DNA from: Geotalea daltonii FRC-32
Lineage (GTDB): Bacteria; Desulfobacterota; Desulfuromonadia; Geobacterales; Geobacteraceae
Assembly: GCF_000022265.1 (NCBI RefSeq)
Contig: NC_011979.1
Location: 1,230,001-1,262,000 of the forward strand
DNA: 32,000 nt
Direction of reading: 5' to 3'
Numbering within the stretch: position 1 is the first letter of the stretch; each line of letters starts with the position of its first letter. The translations under genes were made by a program, and so were the position numbers. The notes beneath the pieces are model-generated. The model saw only the letters and a program-made list of their open reading frames with translations. It did no database searches and had not been told where the DNA came from. Below are positions 1 through 9,126 of the stretch, one piece after another.

Positions 1-1
1 G

Positions 2-1264
2 ATCAGGAGCGCATTTGTCGGCTATGACGAGCAGACGGCTTATTCTCCCATAACTGTTCTGCTGCGGGAAGGCAGAGAGGTTACTGAAGCGGTTGTCGGG
101 GAGGAAGTGGAAGTCGTCGTCGGAACCACCCCCTTCTATGGCGCTTCCGGCGGCCAAGCCGGGGATATCGGTGTCATTTCAACCGGCAATGCCCATCTTA
201 AAGTCGTCGGCACCAGCAAGCCCTTTGCCGATCTCACCGTGCACCGCGTACTGGTGGAGAAAGGGACGGTCAAGGTGGGGGATGCGGCCGATCTAAAGGT
301 ACTCACCCGGGAGCGTAACGCCACGGCCCGCAACCACACGGCTACCCATCTCTTGCAGTCGGCCCTGCGTCAGGTCGTCGGCGACCATGTGAAGCAGGCC
401 GGTTCGCTGGTCACTGCCGACCGGCTCCGCTTCGACTTCACCCACTTCTCTGCCATGGCGGCCGACGAATTGCGTCGGGTGGAGAACATCGTCAATGGAT
501 ACATCATGGAGAACTCCGACGTGAGTTCGGTGGAAATGGCCGCGGCAGAAGCCATGCAGAGCGGTGCCACCGCCCTGTTCGGCGAAAAATACGGGGACCG
601 GGTCCGGGTTGTCAGGGTGGGTGAGGTGAGCAGCGAGTTGTGCGGTGGTACCCATGTCCAGGCAGCCGGCGACATCGGATTTTTCAAGATTGTCAGTGAA
701 GCGGGGATTGCCGCAGGGGTGCGCCGTATCGAGGCCGTCACCGGCAGCGGCGCCATTGAATATGTCCAGCAGCTGGAAGACGAGCAGAAGCACCTTGCGA
801 CCCTGATCAAGGCGGAGGGAGGCGGCGTCATCGACAGAGTTGAGCGCCTGCTGGCAAGACAGAAAGAACTGCAGCGGGAAGTGGAGGAACTCCAGTCCCG
901 CCTGAACGCCTCCAAGTCGGCCGATCTGCTTGCCGGGGTACGGGAAAGCAATGGAATAAAAATTCTTGCCACCAGAGTTGAGACCGGGGACCCGAAAGGG
1001 CTGCGTGATCTGTCTGACAGCCTGAAAGACCGGCTTCAGTCGGGGGTGATCGTTCTCGGCTGTGCTGCAGCCGGCAAGGCCAACCTGCTGGTGGCCGTGA
1101 CCAAAGATCTCACCGACCGCTGCAAGGCAGGGGACATCATCAAGTCACTGGCTCCCATCATCGGCGGCAGCGGCGGCGGCAAGCCCGAGCTTGCCCAGGC
1201 TGGCGGCACGAAGCCTGAAAATCTCGATGAGGCATTGGAAGCAGCCTATAAAATAATCGGTTAA
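2..1264 (+). CDS. alaS: Alanine--tRNA ligase, C-terminal ~420 codons (5' end lies upstream of the window)
   Basis: Frame 2 is open from nt 2: ..[12 protein letters not shown].. precedes the GTG at 107 used by the ORF track. It carries the editing-domain motifs TATHLLQ and CGGTHV and a C-terminal [15 protein letters not shown] (DHHA1-like) tail, all typical of AlaRS. Confidence 0.93.
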   Translation: MRSAFVGYDEQTAYSPITVLLREGREVTEAVVGEEVEVVVGTTPFYGASGGQAGDIGVISTGNAHLKVVGTSKPFADLTVHRVLVEKGTVKVGDAADLKVLTRERNATARNHTATHLLQSALRQVVGDHVKQAGSLVTADRLRFDFTHFSAMAADELRRVENIVNGYIMENSDVSSVEMAAAEAMQSGATALFGEKYGDRVRVVRVGEVSSELCGGTHVQAAGDIGFFKIVSEAGIAAGVRRIEAVTGSGAIEYVQQLEDEQKHLATLIKAEGGGVIDRVERLLARQKELQREVEELQSRLNASKSADLLAGVRESNGIKILATRVETGDPKGLRDLSDSLKDRLQSGVIVLGCAAAGKANLLVAVTKDLTDRCKAGDIIKSLAPIIGGSGGGKPELAQAGGTKPENLDEALEAAYKIIG

Positions 1265-1278
1265 CCGGGAGTGACTCC

Positions 1279-1623
1279 ATGAACTGGAAAAATGTCGATT
1301 CTAATGCTCTGGCTGAAAATCTCCATCCCAAGCACGACAAATACTTTCTCAAAGACCTCGTTGTTAAGGCTGACAGCGGTCTTCTCAGTGTCCATCGCGG
1401 CAGAATCGAGCCTGGCGGAGAGATCTTTGTCCACACCCATGAGGTAGAGTCGGAGACTTTCTATATCCTCTCCGGCCGGCTTGAGTGCACCATGGGTGAT
1501 GAGAAAATAGCTTATGCCGCCGGCAACTGCGGCTTCGCACCACCGGGCATTCCCCACGGCCTGCGCAATACGGGGGATGTCCCAGCGGAGCTTATCGCCA
1601 TCTTTACCCCACCTCTGAAGTAA
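1279..1623 (+). CDS. Cupin-domain protein (114 aa)
   Basis: Cupin motif 1, G-x5-H-x-H-x4-E-x6-G, reads GGEIFVHTHEVESETFYILSG. Motif 2 is the region GFAPPGIPHGLRN. The gene starts 14 nt after the alaS stop. Confidence 0.75.
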   Translation: MNWKNVDSNALAENLHPKHDKYFLKDLVVKADSGLLSVHRGRIEPGGEIFVHTHEVESETFYILSGRLECTMGDEKIAYAAGNCGFAPPGIPHGLRNTGDVPAELIAIFTPPLK

Positions 1624-1648
1624 TCTGCAGCCGATTTTGTGAGGCGCC

Positions 1649-2776
1649 ATGCTTGATGTCGTTCAGACTCAGAACATAGAGCTCCGCCAGAAGCAGGAGG
1701 GGAAATGCATTCTCATCGTCGATGATGAGGCCATCATCCGCGATCTCTGCAGCAGGGCACTCAAAGGCTACCGGGTGCTGGAGGCTGCCGATGGCGAAGA
1801 GGCCCTCAAGGTCTTCGAGAATGGCGGGGTCGATGTCATCCTCACCGATGTGATGATGCCCAACATGGATGGGATCGAGCTCCTGAAGAAGCTGAAGGAG
1901 CTGGAACCGACGCTGGTGGTCATTGTCATGACCGGCTATGCGGACAAGGACATCATCCTCAATGCACTGAAGGCCGATGCCGACGATTTCATCACCAAAC
2001 CACTCAACCTGCTGCAACTGAAGACGGCGATCGAAAAGGCGCTGGTGAAAAAGGCGCTCAAGGAGGAGATTGCCAATCTCAAGAACGTCGACCGCCTCAA
2101 ATCGAATTTCCTCTCACTGGTTTCCCACAAATTTCGCACTCCCATCACGTCGATTTCCCTGTTTCTGCAGAACCTTGCCTCAGGAGTATATGACCCGGAA
2201 GACCCGGACCTGAGCATGATCTACAAGGAGTCGTGCTATCTTGGCGGATTGGTCACCGATCTCCTCAATTTCAGCCAGATGATGGACAAAGGTGACAAGC
2301 TGAAACTTGAGCCATGCAACCTGAACAGCATAATTCTCGACATCCTTCCTGCTTCACGGGAGGTGGCCGGCAAATCGGGGGTAGAGATCGCCTTCAACCT
2401 GGATCCTATCCCCAGCCTGTTCCTCGACCGGGAAAAAGTCAGCTTTGCCATCAAGCAGGTGATCGATAACGCCTTCAAGTTCTCGAAAGAGAGAGGCCGC
2501 GTTTCGATCCAAATCGAGAAGCAGGAAGATCTTTCCAGGATAATCGTTGAAGACGAAGGCATCGGCATAAGTAAAGAAGATCTGCCTAAGATCTTCGAGA
2601 AATTCTACCAGGTGGACAGGGAAAATACTGGCCAGATCCGTGGTTTTGGCCTGGGTCTTTTTTATGCTCGTGAATTCATTCGGCTGCACCACGGAAAGCT
2701 CGTCATCGAAAGCGAGCCGGGAAAAGGAACTAAGGTCACCATCACGCTGCCGGCTGCAGAAGGCTGCCCCATCTAG
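1649..2776 (+). CDS. Hybrid response-regulator receiver / histidine kinase (REC-HisKA-HATPase_c) with no recognisable sensor or TM domain
   Basis: N-terminal REC: ILIVDDE..., phospho-acceptor context ILTDVMMPNMDG, and KP in ITKPL. The H-box is SLVSHKFRTPITSI. The ATPase N/G boxes are IDNAFKFS, EDEGIGI and GFGLGL. Confidence 0.88.
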   Translation: MLDVVQTQNIELRQKQEGKCILIVDDEAIIRDLCSRALKGYRVLEAADGEEALKVFENGGVDVILTDVMMPNMDGIELLKKLKELEPTLVVIVMTGYADKDIILNALKADADDFITKPLNLLQLKTAIEKALVKKALKEEIANLKNVDRLKSNFLSLVSHKFRTPITSISLFLQNLASGVYDPEDPDLSMIYKESCYLGGLVTDLLNFSQMMDKGDKLKLEPCNLNSIILDILPASREVAGKSGVEIAFNLDPIPSLFLDREKVSFAIKQVIDNAFKFSKERGRVSIQIEKQEDLSRIIVEDEGIGISKEDLPKIFEKFYQVDRENTGQIRGFGLGLFYAREFIRLHHGKLVIESEPGKGTKVTITLPAAEGCPI

Positions 2777-2808
2777 ATTTCCTCCGCACCAGAAAACCCC
2801 CTTTGATG

Positions 2809-2836
2809 TTGATTATTTCGCCTTATCTGCTATATT
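2809..2836 (+). promoter_or_regulatory. Putative sigma70-type promoter upstream of argB
   Basis: TTGATT (2809-2814), a 16-nt spacer, then TATATT (2831-2836), about 25 nt upstream of the argB ATG in an AT-rich spacer. Identified from sequence pattern only. Confidence 0.3.
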
Positions 2837-2839
2837 TAA

Positions 2840-3763
<924 letters not shown>

Positions 3764-3787
3764 TTCCTATAAGAACGGGGAACAAGT

Positions 3788-4978
3788 ATGAACTCACAAC
3801 AATGGATCGCCAAGGGCGACAAATACATCATGAAGACCTATGGCCGCTATCCGCTGGTGCCGGTCAGGGGCGAAGGGTGCTACCTGTGGGATGCGGACGG
3901 CAAACGCTATCTGGATTTCCTCGCCGGGGTGGCCGTCAACAACCTGGGGCATTGTCATCCGAAAGTGGTGGCGGCGCTGCAGAAACAGGCGGCCGAGCTG
4001 ATCCATTGCTCCAACTATTACCACATCCCGACCCAGATCGAACTGGCCGAGCTGCTCTGCAACAACTCCTTTGCCGACCGGGCTTTTTTCTGCAACAGCG
4101 GCGCCGAGGCCAACGAGGCCGCCATCAAGCTGGCGCGCAAGTACAGCCGGGAAAAGTTTGGGCCTGAGCGCTACCAGATCATTACCGCCATTTCGTCCTT
4201 CCACGGCCGGACCATGGCCACCGTCTCCGCCACCGGCCAGGAGAAGGTGCAGAAATTCTTCGATCCCCTGCTGCATGGCTTCGTCCATGTCCCTTTCAAT
4301 GATGCCGATGCCCTGCGCCAGGCGGTTACTCCTGCTACCTGTGCCATCATGCTGGAACCGATCCAGGGTGAAGGCGGGGTCGTGGTTCCCGATGCGGAAT
4401 ATTTCCGCCAGGTAAGGCAGATCTGCGACGACAACAACCTGCTCCTCATCTTCGACGAGGTTCAGGTGGGAATCGGCAGGACCGGCAAGCTCTTTGCTCA
4501 TGAGCATTTCGGCGTCACTCCCGATATCATGACCCTTGCCAAGGCTCTGGCCGGAGGCGCTCCCATCGGCACCATGCTGGCCAAGGAAGAGTTGGCCGAA
4601 TTCTTCGGCCCGGGTACCCATGGCTCCACCTTCGGCGGCAATCCGCTGGTGACGGCTGCCGGGGTTGCAGCCATAAGGACGATTCTGGAAGAAGGCATCC
4701 TCAACCACGCCGAAGAAATCGGTGAGTACCTGGTGGGCGAACTGGAAGGACTGAAAAGAAAGTTCCCCGTTATCACGGAGGTACGCGGCATCGGCCTGAT
4801 GATCGGTGCCGAGCTTTCCATTCCCGGCGGAGAAATCGTCAAGAAGGCCCTGGAACGGGGCGTTCTGCTCAACGTGACCCACGACAGTGTGCTCCGGTTT
4901 GTACCACCGCTGATCGTCGGCAAGAAGGAAGTGGACGAAATGATCGGCATTCTCGCCGGCATTCTTGCGGAGATTTGA
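3788..4978 (+). CDS. argD: Acetylornithine aminotransferase (class III PLP aminotransferase)
   Basis: 396 aa with FCNSGAEANEAAIKLARK, DEVQVGIGRTGKLFA and TLAKALAGG (PLP-Lys region). It lies between argB and argF. Confidence 0.93.
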   Translation: MNSQQWIAKGDKYIMKTYGRYPLVPVRGEGCYLWDADGKRYLDFLAGVAVNNLGHCHPKVVAALQKQAAELIHCSNYYHIPTQIELAELLCNNSFADRAFFCNSGAEANEAAIKLARKYSREKFGPERYQIITAISSFHGRTMATVSATGQEKVQKFFDPLLHGFVHVPFNDADALRQAVTPATCAIMLEPIQGEGGVVVPDAEYFRQVRQICDDNNLLLIFDEVQVGIGRTGKLFAHEHFGVTPDIMTLAKALAGGAPIGTMLAKEELAEFFGPGTHGSTFGGNPLVTAAGVAAIRTILEEGILNHAEEIGEYLVGELEGLKRKFPVITEVRGIGLMIGAELSIPGGEIVKKALERGVLLNVTHDSVLRFVPPLIVGKKEVDEMIGILAGILAEI

Positions 4979-4984
4979 ATCTTT

Positions 4985-5043
4985 GTAGGGGCGGTCCCGT
5001 GTGGCCGCCCGATAATAGGGCAACCACGCGGGGTTGCCCCTAC
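4985..5043. repeat. REP-like structured palindromic element (GTAGGGGC...GCCCCTAC) in the argD-argF spacer
   Basis: Outer arms GTAGGGGC (4985-4992) and GCCCCTAC (5036-5043) enclose two hairpins. These are GGGCGG/CCGCCC (4989-4994 with 5005-5010) and GGGCAACC/GGTTGCCC (5018-5025 with 5032-5039). The same terminal motif recurs at 7411-7439. Confidence 0.7.
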
Positions 5044-5055
5044 GAAAGGATAAAA

Positions 5056-5967
5056 ATGAACAAGGATTTCCTGGCACTGAGCCAGTTCAGCAAAAGCGAG
5101 CTGGACGCCATCTTTACCCTGACCAGGGAGCTGAAGCAAAAACAGAAAAGGGGGGAGGAGCATCACCTGCTCAAGGGGAAAACCCTGGCGATGATCTTCG
5201 AGAAATCCTCCACCCGAACCCGCGTCTCCTTCGAGGTGGGTATGTACCAGCTGGGGGGGCATCCGCTCTTCATCTCTACCAAGGATTCCCAGATGGGACG
5301 GGGCGAGCCGATCAAGGACACTGCGCGGGTGATGGCCCGCTATTGCGATGGTGTCATGATTCGCACCTATGGCCAGGAGATCGTGGAAGAATTTGCCCGC
5401 TACTCATCGGTACCGATCATTAACGGTCTCACTGACCTGCACCATCCCTGCCAGATCATGGCCGACCTTTTTACCGTCATCGAGCACCGCGGCAGTTATG
5501 AAGGGCTGAAGATCGCCTGGGTAGGGGATGGCAATAACATGGCCAACACCTGGATCGAGGCAGCTGCCATTTTCGGTTTCGACCTGACCCTTGCCTGTCC
5601 CAAGGGGTATGAACCGGATGCAGCGGCCATGCAATGGGCGCTTGCCAATGCCACCTCCAGTATCGTCCTCACCGACGATCCCCAGGAGGCGGTAAAGGAT
5701 GCCGATGTGGTCAACACCGACGTCTGGGCGAGCATGGGACAGGAAGCGGAGCAGAACAAGCGGGAAAAGGACTTTGCCGGTTATCAACTGAACGAAGCTC
5801 TACTCGATCTGGCTAAGGGGAACTGCATGGTACTCCACTGTCTGCCGGCTCACCGGGGCGAGGAGATTACCGATGACGTCATCGAGGGGCCACATTCGGC
5901 GGTGTGGGATGAGGCGGAAAACAGGTTGCACGTACAAAAAGCCATCATGGCAACCCTCATGGGTTGA
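5056..5967 (+). CDS. argF: Ornithine carbamoyltransferase
   Basis: The STRTR carbamoyl-phosphate motif (EKSSTRTRVSFE), HPCQ and HCLPAH motifs are present. I place the start at ATG 5056 (MNKDFLAL, AAAGGA RBS upstream) rather than the ORF-track 4975. The 4975 start would translate through the REP element. Confidence 0.94.
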   Translation: MNKDFLALSQFSKSELDAIFTLTRELKQKQKRGEEHHLLKGKTLAMIFEKSSTRTRVSFEVGMYQLGGHPLFISTKDSQMGRGEPIKDTARVMARYCDGVMIRTYGQEIVEEFARYSSVPIINGLTDLHHPCQIMADLFTVIEHRGSYEGLKIAWVGDGNNMANTWIEAAAIFGFDLTLACPKGYEPDAAAMQWALANATSSIVLTDDPQEAVKDADVVNTDVWASMGQEAEQNKREKDFAGYQLNEALLDLAKGNCMVLHCLPAHRGEEITDDVIEGPHSAVWDEAENRLHVQKAIMATLMG

Positions 5968-6160
5968 GGAGCGCCGCTTTTCCGCCATGGCGGCGTTGCC
6001 CGGCGGGAACTCCTTGTGCGACGTGGATGGGCGCTGTTTATGCCCTGTGGGTACCACGCCTCCGCGGATTCCCTTGGGCGCCTTGCCCTGACGAAAAATC
6101 GACGTTCCATAGGAAAATCTGGACAATTTACATTGAAATCGTTGAAAAGGAGATATTTTA

Positions 6161-7381
6161 ATGGCTAAGCAAGAAGTGAAGAAGATCGTCCTTGCCTACT
6201 CCGGCGGGCTGGATACCTCCATCATCCTCAAGTGGTTGAAGAACGAGTACGGTTGTGAAGTGATTACCTTTTCCGCCGATCTGGGCCAGGGGGACGAGTT
6301 GGCGCCGATCCGGGAAAAGGCTTTCGCCACCGGTGCCGACAAGGTCTATATCGATGACCTGAAGGAGGAATTCGTCCGCGACTTCGTCTATCCCATGTTC
6401 CGGGCCAATGCCATTTACGAGGGGCATTACCTGCTCGGCACTTCCATCGCCCGGCCGCTCATTGCCAAGCGGCAGATGGAGATTGCCAAGATCGAGGGTG
6501 CCGATGCCGTTTCCCACGGCGCTACCGGCAAGGGCAACGATCAGGTCCGGTTCGAGCTGGGCTACTACCATTTCAATCCGGCCATTACCGTCATCGCCCC
6601 CTGGAGGGACTGGAAGCTGAACAGCCGCCAGGCGCTGGTCAACTACGCCAAGAAGAACGACATACCCATTCCGGTCACCAAGAAGCGCCCCTGGTCCTCT
6701 GACCGAAACCTGCTGCACATCTCCTTCGAAGGTGCCATCCTTGAGGATACCTGGGCGGAAGCACCGGAAAACATGTACGTGCTGACCAAGGCGCCGGAAA
6801 AGGCCCCCAATAAGCCACAGTACGTGGAAATTGAGTTCAAGAACGGCAACGCCGTGGCCGTTGATGGTGAAAAGATGTCGCCTGCCCAGCTCCTTGCCCA
6901 CCTCAACTTCATCGGCGGCGAGCACGGCATCGGCCGGGTCGACCTTCTGGAGAACCGCTCGGTGGGCATGAAATCCCGCGGTGTCTATGAGACCCCCGGC
7001 GGCACCATTCTGCGCGAGGCGCACATGGCTGTTGAGCAGATTACCATGGACCGCGAGGTCATGCACCTGCGCGATTCCCTCGTTCCCCGCTATGCTGAGA
7101 TGGTCTACAACGGCTATTGGTTTTCGCCGGAGCGGGAAATGCTCCAGGCCCTGATCGACGAGTCACAGAAAACGGTCAACGGTGTGGCACGGGTGAAGCT
7201 GTACAAGGGCCATTGCCGGACCGTCGGCCGCAAGTCCGAGACCGATTCCCTCTTCAATCTCGATTTTGCCACCTTCGAAAAGGATCAGGTATACAACCAG
7301 AAGGATGCGGAAGGTTTCATAAAGCTGAATTCCCTCCGTCTGCGTATCCGCTCGCTTCAGGCTGCGGCAAAAAAGAAATAA
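6161..7381 (+). CDS. argG: Argininosuccinate synthase
   Basis: 406 aa with the [12 protein letters not shown]-binding motif, [15 protein letters not shown], and an AAGGAG RBS 8 nt upstream. Confidence 0.96.
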   Translation: MAKQEVKKIVLAYSGGLDTSIILKWLKNEYGCEVITFSADLGQGDELAPIREKAFATGADKVYIDDLKEEFVRDFVYPMFRANAIYEGHYLLGTSIARPLIAKRQMEIAKIEGADAVSHGATGKGNDQVRFELGYYHFNPAITVIAPWRDWKLNSRQALVNYAKKNDIPIPVTKKRPWSSDRNLLHISFEGAILEDTWAEAPENMYVLTKAPEKAPNKPQYVEIEFKNGNAVAVDGEKMSPAQLLAHLNFIGGEHGIGRVDLLENRSVGMKSRGVYETPGGTILREAHMAVEQITMDREVMHLRDSLVPRYAEMVYNGYWFSPEREMLQALIDESQKTVNGVARVKLYKGHCRTVGRKSETDSLFNLDFATFEKDQVYNQKDAEGFIKLNSLRLRIRSLQAAAKKK

Positions 7382-7410
7382 TGGCTGAAACACCAAAGAT
7401 GGATTAATCT

Positions 7411-7439
7411 GTAGGGGCACGGTAACACTGTGCCCCTAC
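7411..7439. repeat. REP-like hairpin GTAGGGGCAC-N9-GTGCCCCTAC just after the argG stop (possible terminator/attenuator)
   Basis: A perfect 10-bp stem (7411-7420 pairs with 7430-7439) with a 9-nt loop. It shares the GTAGGGGC/GCCCCTAC ends with the element at 4985-5043. There is no U-tract. Confidence 0.65.
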
Positions 7440-7447
7440 GGTCTTAT

Positions 7448-7897
7448 ATGCCACAGATAAAATACAAAAAAGAACATATCGTCACCTCGGTAGTTGCGGT
7501 TATCGTCGATGACGACGAACGGGTGCTGCTGACCAAGCGGAACATCCCTCCGTTCATGGACCAGTGGGTCATGCCGGGGGGGCAGATCGACCTGGGAGAG
7601 CCGATGCTGGAGGCTCTTCACCGGGAGGTGATGGAGGAAGTCGGCCTGGAGGTGGAAGTGCAGGGACTGGTGGATGTCTTCGAACACCTGACGCCGGGTC
7701 CCCACAATAGCCATTTCGTCATCCTCTACTACCGTTGCCGGCCGCTCTATTGCGATATTACCCATAACCCCCAGGAAGTGGCCGAGGCCCGGTGGGTGCC
7801 GTGCGGGGAGCTCGCCAGGTACGACATGCCCGACGGTACCAGGTTCATACTGGGCAAGATCTTCCCCGAACTCTGTAGTTGTGATATTAGGTCATGA
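7448..7897 (+). CDS. NUDIX hydrolase (about 149 aa)
   Basis: The Nudix box G-x5-E-x7-REUxEExGU is perfect: GQIDLGEPMLEALHREVMEEVGL. I prefer the ATG at 7448 because the ORF-track GTG at 7430 lies inside the hairpin stem. No clear SD sequence is present, so the start is uncertain. Confidence 0.85.
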   Translation: MPQIKYKKEHIVTSVVAVIVDDDERVLLTKRNIPPFMDQWVMPGGQIDLGEPMLEALHREVMEEVGLEVEVQGLVDVFEHLTPGPHNSHFVILYYRCRPLYCDITHNPQEVAEARWVPCGELARYDMPDGTRFILGKIFPELCSCDIRS

Positions 7898-7935
7898 AGT
7901 TGTGGGTTTTGCTCCTGAAACAAACCTAACTGACT

Positions 7936-9084
7936 ATGGTTCAAATCATCGACAAAAAGATCAATCTGGAGTTCCCCCAGGGGCATCATCTCCATTGCCT
8001 GATCGCCCAGATTCCCAATCACCTGCGGCGTGTGGAGCACGGCTTCGCCCTGACCGACCCGGAAGAGAAATGGACCCAGGTCAAGGCGATCCTCGACCTG
8101 ATCAGCATCGGTGAAGGCAACCTGAAAAAGCTCCACTTCCTGGTGCTGCCTGAGACCAGCATCCCCTTTTCCCGTTTCGACGAGATGTTGGCCATTCTGG
8201 AGCACAGTTTCCGGCCCAATACCGTCACCATGTTCGGTGTGGAGCACATACGGCTGAGGGTCTACCGGGAGTTGCTGGAGCGCTTCAGGGAAAACAACGA
8301 CGAGGCGATCGAGCTGGTGGACCGGGACATCGACTCGGGCGACATCCTGGATATGCCGGTCAACTGGTGCTGCATCGCAGTCAAGGAGGCAACGGGCAAG
8401 CTGCGGGTTTTTCTCGAGGCGAAGTCGCACCCCTTCCATGGCGAAGAGTTCCTGGACAAATACCATGACCTCTACCGCGGCCGCCATTTTTACCTGTTCA
8501 GGAGCCGCCCGTCATGCTTCAACTTCATGGCCCTGATCTGCCTGGACTACATATATCGGGATCTGTACGCATCGAACATCAAGCAGATCATCGACCATGC
8601 CGACCGCCTCTTCTTCAGTACCAAACAGGGTCTGGACGCTTTATTCGTCATCCAGTGCAACCCGAAGCCGGAGCACCGGGCCTATTTCGAGGTCATCAGC
8701 GGCTTCTACGGAGAGTTTCTCGAGGATACGCCGGGGGTAAGGGAGACGGTTTCCGTCTTTGCCAATACTTCTGATGAGACCAGTCTGGAAGGACTGCCGT
8801 CCCAGGCGCCCTACGGCAACTCCTTCGTTGTCATGAATAAGCATTACAAGCTGGGAAAGATCCAGCATCCGGAGTTCACCACCGACAATTTCAGCGGTGC
8901 GCCGGTGTGCCGGCTGCGCTTCGGCAGCGGCACGCGCCTCTACTACATCAACCTGCCCCTGTACCATGAGTTGGACCCCCGCACCAGCAGGATCCCCCTC
9001 AAGGTGCACGTGGTCCTGCGCTGGTCCGAAGGGAAGTGGGTCAAGATACAGGGCGACGAAATGGTGGCAGCTGTAACCGGCTGA
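7936..9084 (+). CDS. Uncharacterised 382-aa protein, possibly a divergent carbon-nitrogen hydrolase (nitrilase superfamily) fold with a C-terminal extension
   Basis: A long ORF with host-like composition, co-directional between the NUDIX gene and argH. Three motifs occur in CN-hydrolase order and spacing: HFLVLPE73, VFLEAK163SHPF and MALIC202LDY. No family can be assigned with certainty by eye. Confidence 0.6.
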   Translation: MVQIIDKKINLEFPQGHHLHCLIAQIPNHLRRVEHGFALTDPEEKWTQVKAILDLISIGEGNLKKLHFLVLPETSIPFSRFDEMLAILEHSFRPNTVTMFGVEHIRLRVYRELLERFRENNDEAIELVDRDIDSGDILDMPVNWCCIAVKEATGKLRVFLEAKSHPFHGEEFLDKYHDLYRGRHFYLFRSRPSCFNFMALICLDYIYRDLYASNIKQIIDHADRLFFSTKQGLDALFVIQCNPKPEHRAYFEVISGFYGEFLEDTPGVRETVSVFANTSDETSLEGLPSQAPYGNSFVVMNKHYKLGKIQHPEFTTDNFSGAPVCRLRFGSGTRLYYINLPLYHELDPRTSRIPLKVHVVLRWSEGKWVKIQGDEMVAAVTG

Positions 9085-9126
9085 CCGCCTGTTAATATTT
9101 CATGCATTAGCATCAGGAGAGACCAG

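Noticed and set aside
4975-5055. N-terminal extensions offered by the ORF track for argF (4975), dapB (13757), MNT (14551), lysA (11478) and NUDIX (7430).
   Set aside because: The extensions translate through palindromic REP-like elements or overlap the preceding gene. Canonical N-termini preceded by RBS-like sequences exist downstream.
3794-5077. Very long antisense ORFs mirroring well-supported genes. Examples: 3794-5077(-), 6158-7066(-), 7747-8487(-), 11601-12974(-), 12748-13524(-), 13748-14500(-), 15194-16045(-), 25035-25913(+), 26026-26664(-) and 30604-31425(+).
   Set aside because: Each lies entirely opposite a gene with unmistakable family motifs. Their translations are low-complexity and rich in G/R/A/P/D/V, as expected for open antisense frames in GC-rich coding DNA. 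They have no RBS and no recognisable motifs.
5964-6161. 65-aa ORF and possible ARG-box operator in the 193-bp GC-rich argF-argG spacer.
   Set aside because: The ORF is Arg/Pro/Trp-rich with no RBS and is not credible as a gene. I found small palindromes (CGCCATGGCG, at about 5984-5993) but nothing resembling a TNTGAAT-N4-ATTCANA ARG box. The spacer may be structured, but I cannot support a specific call.
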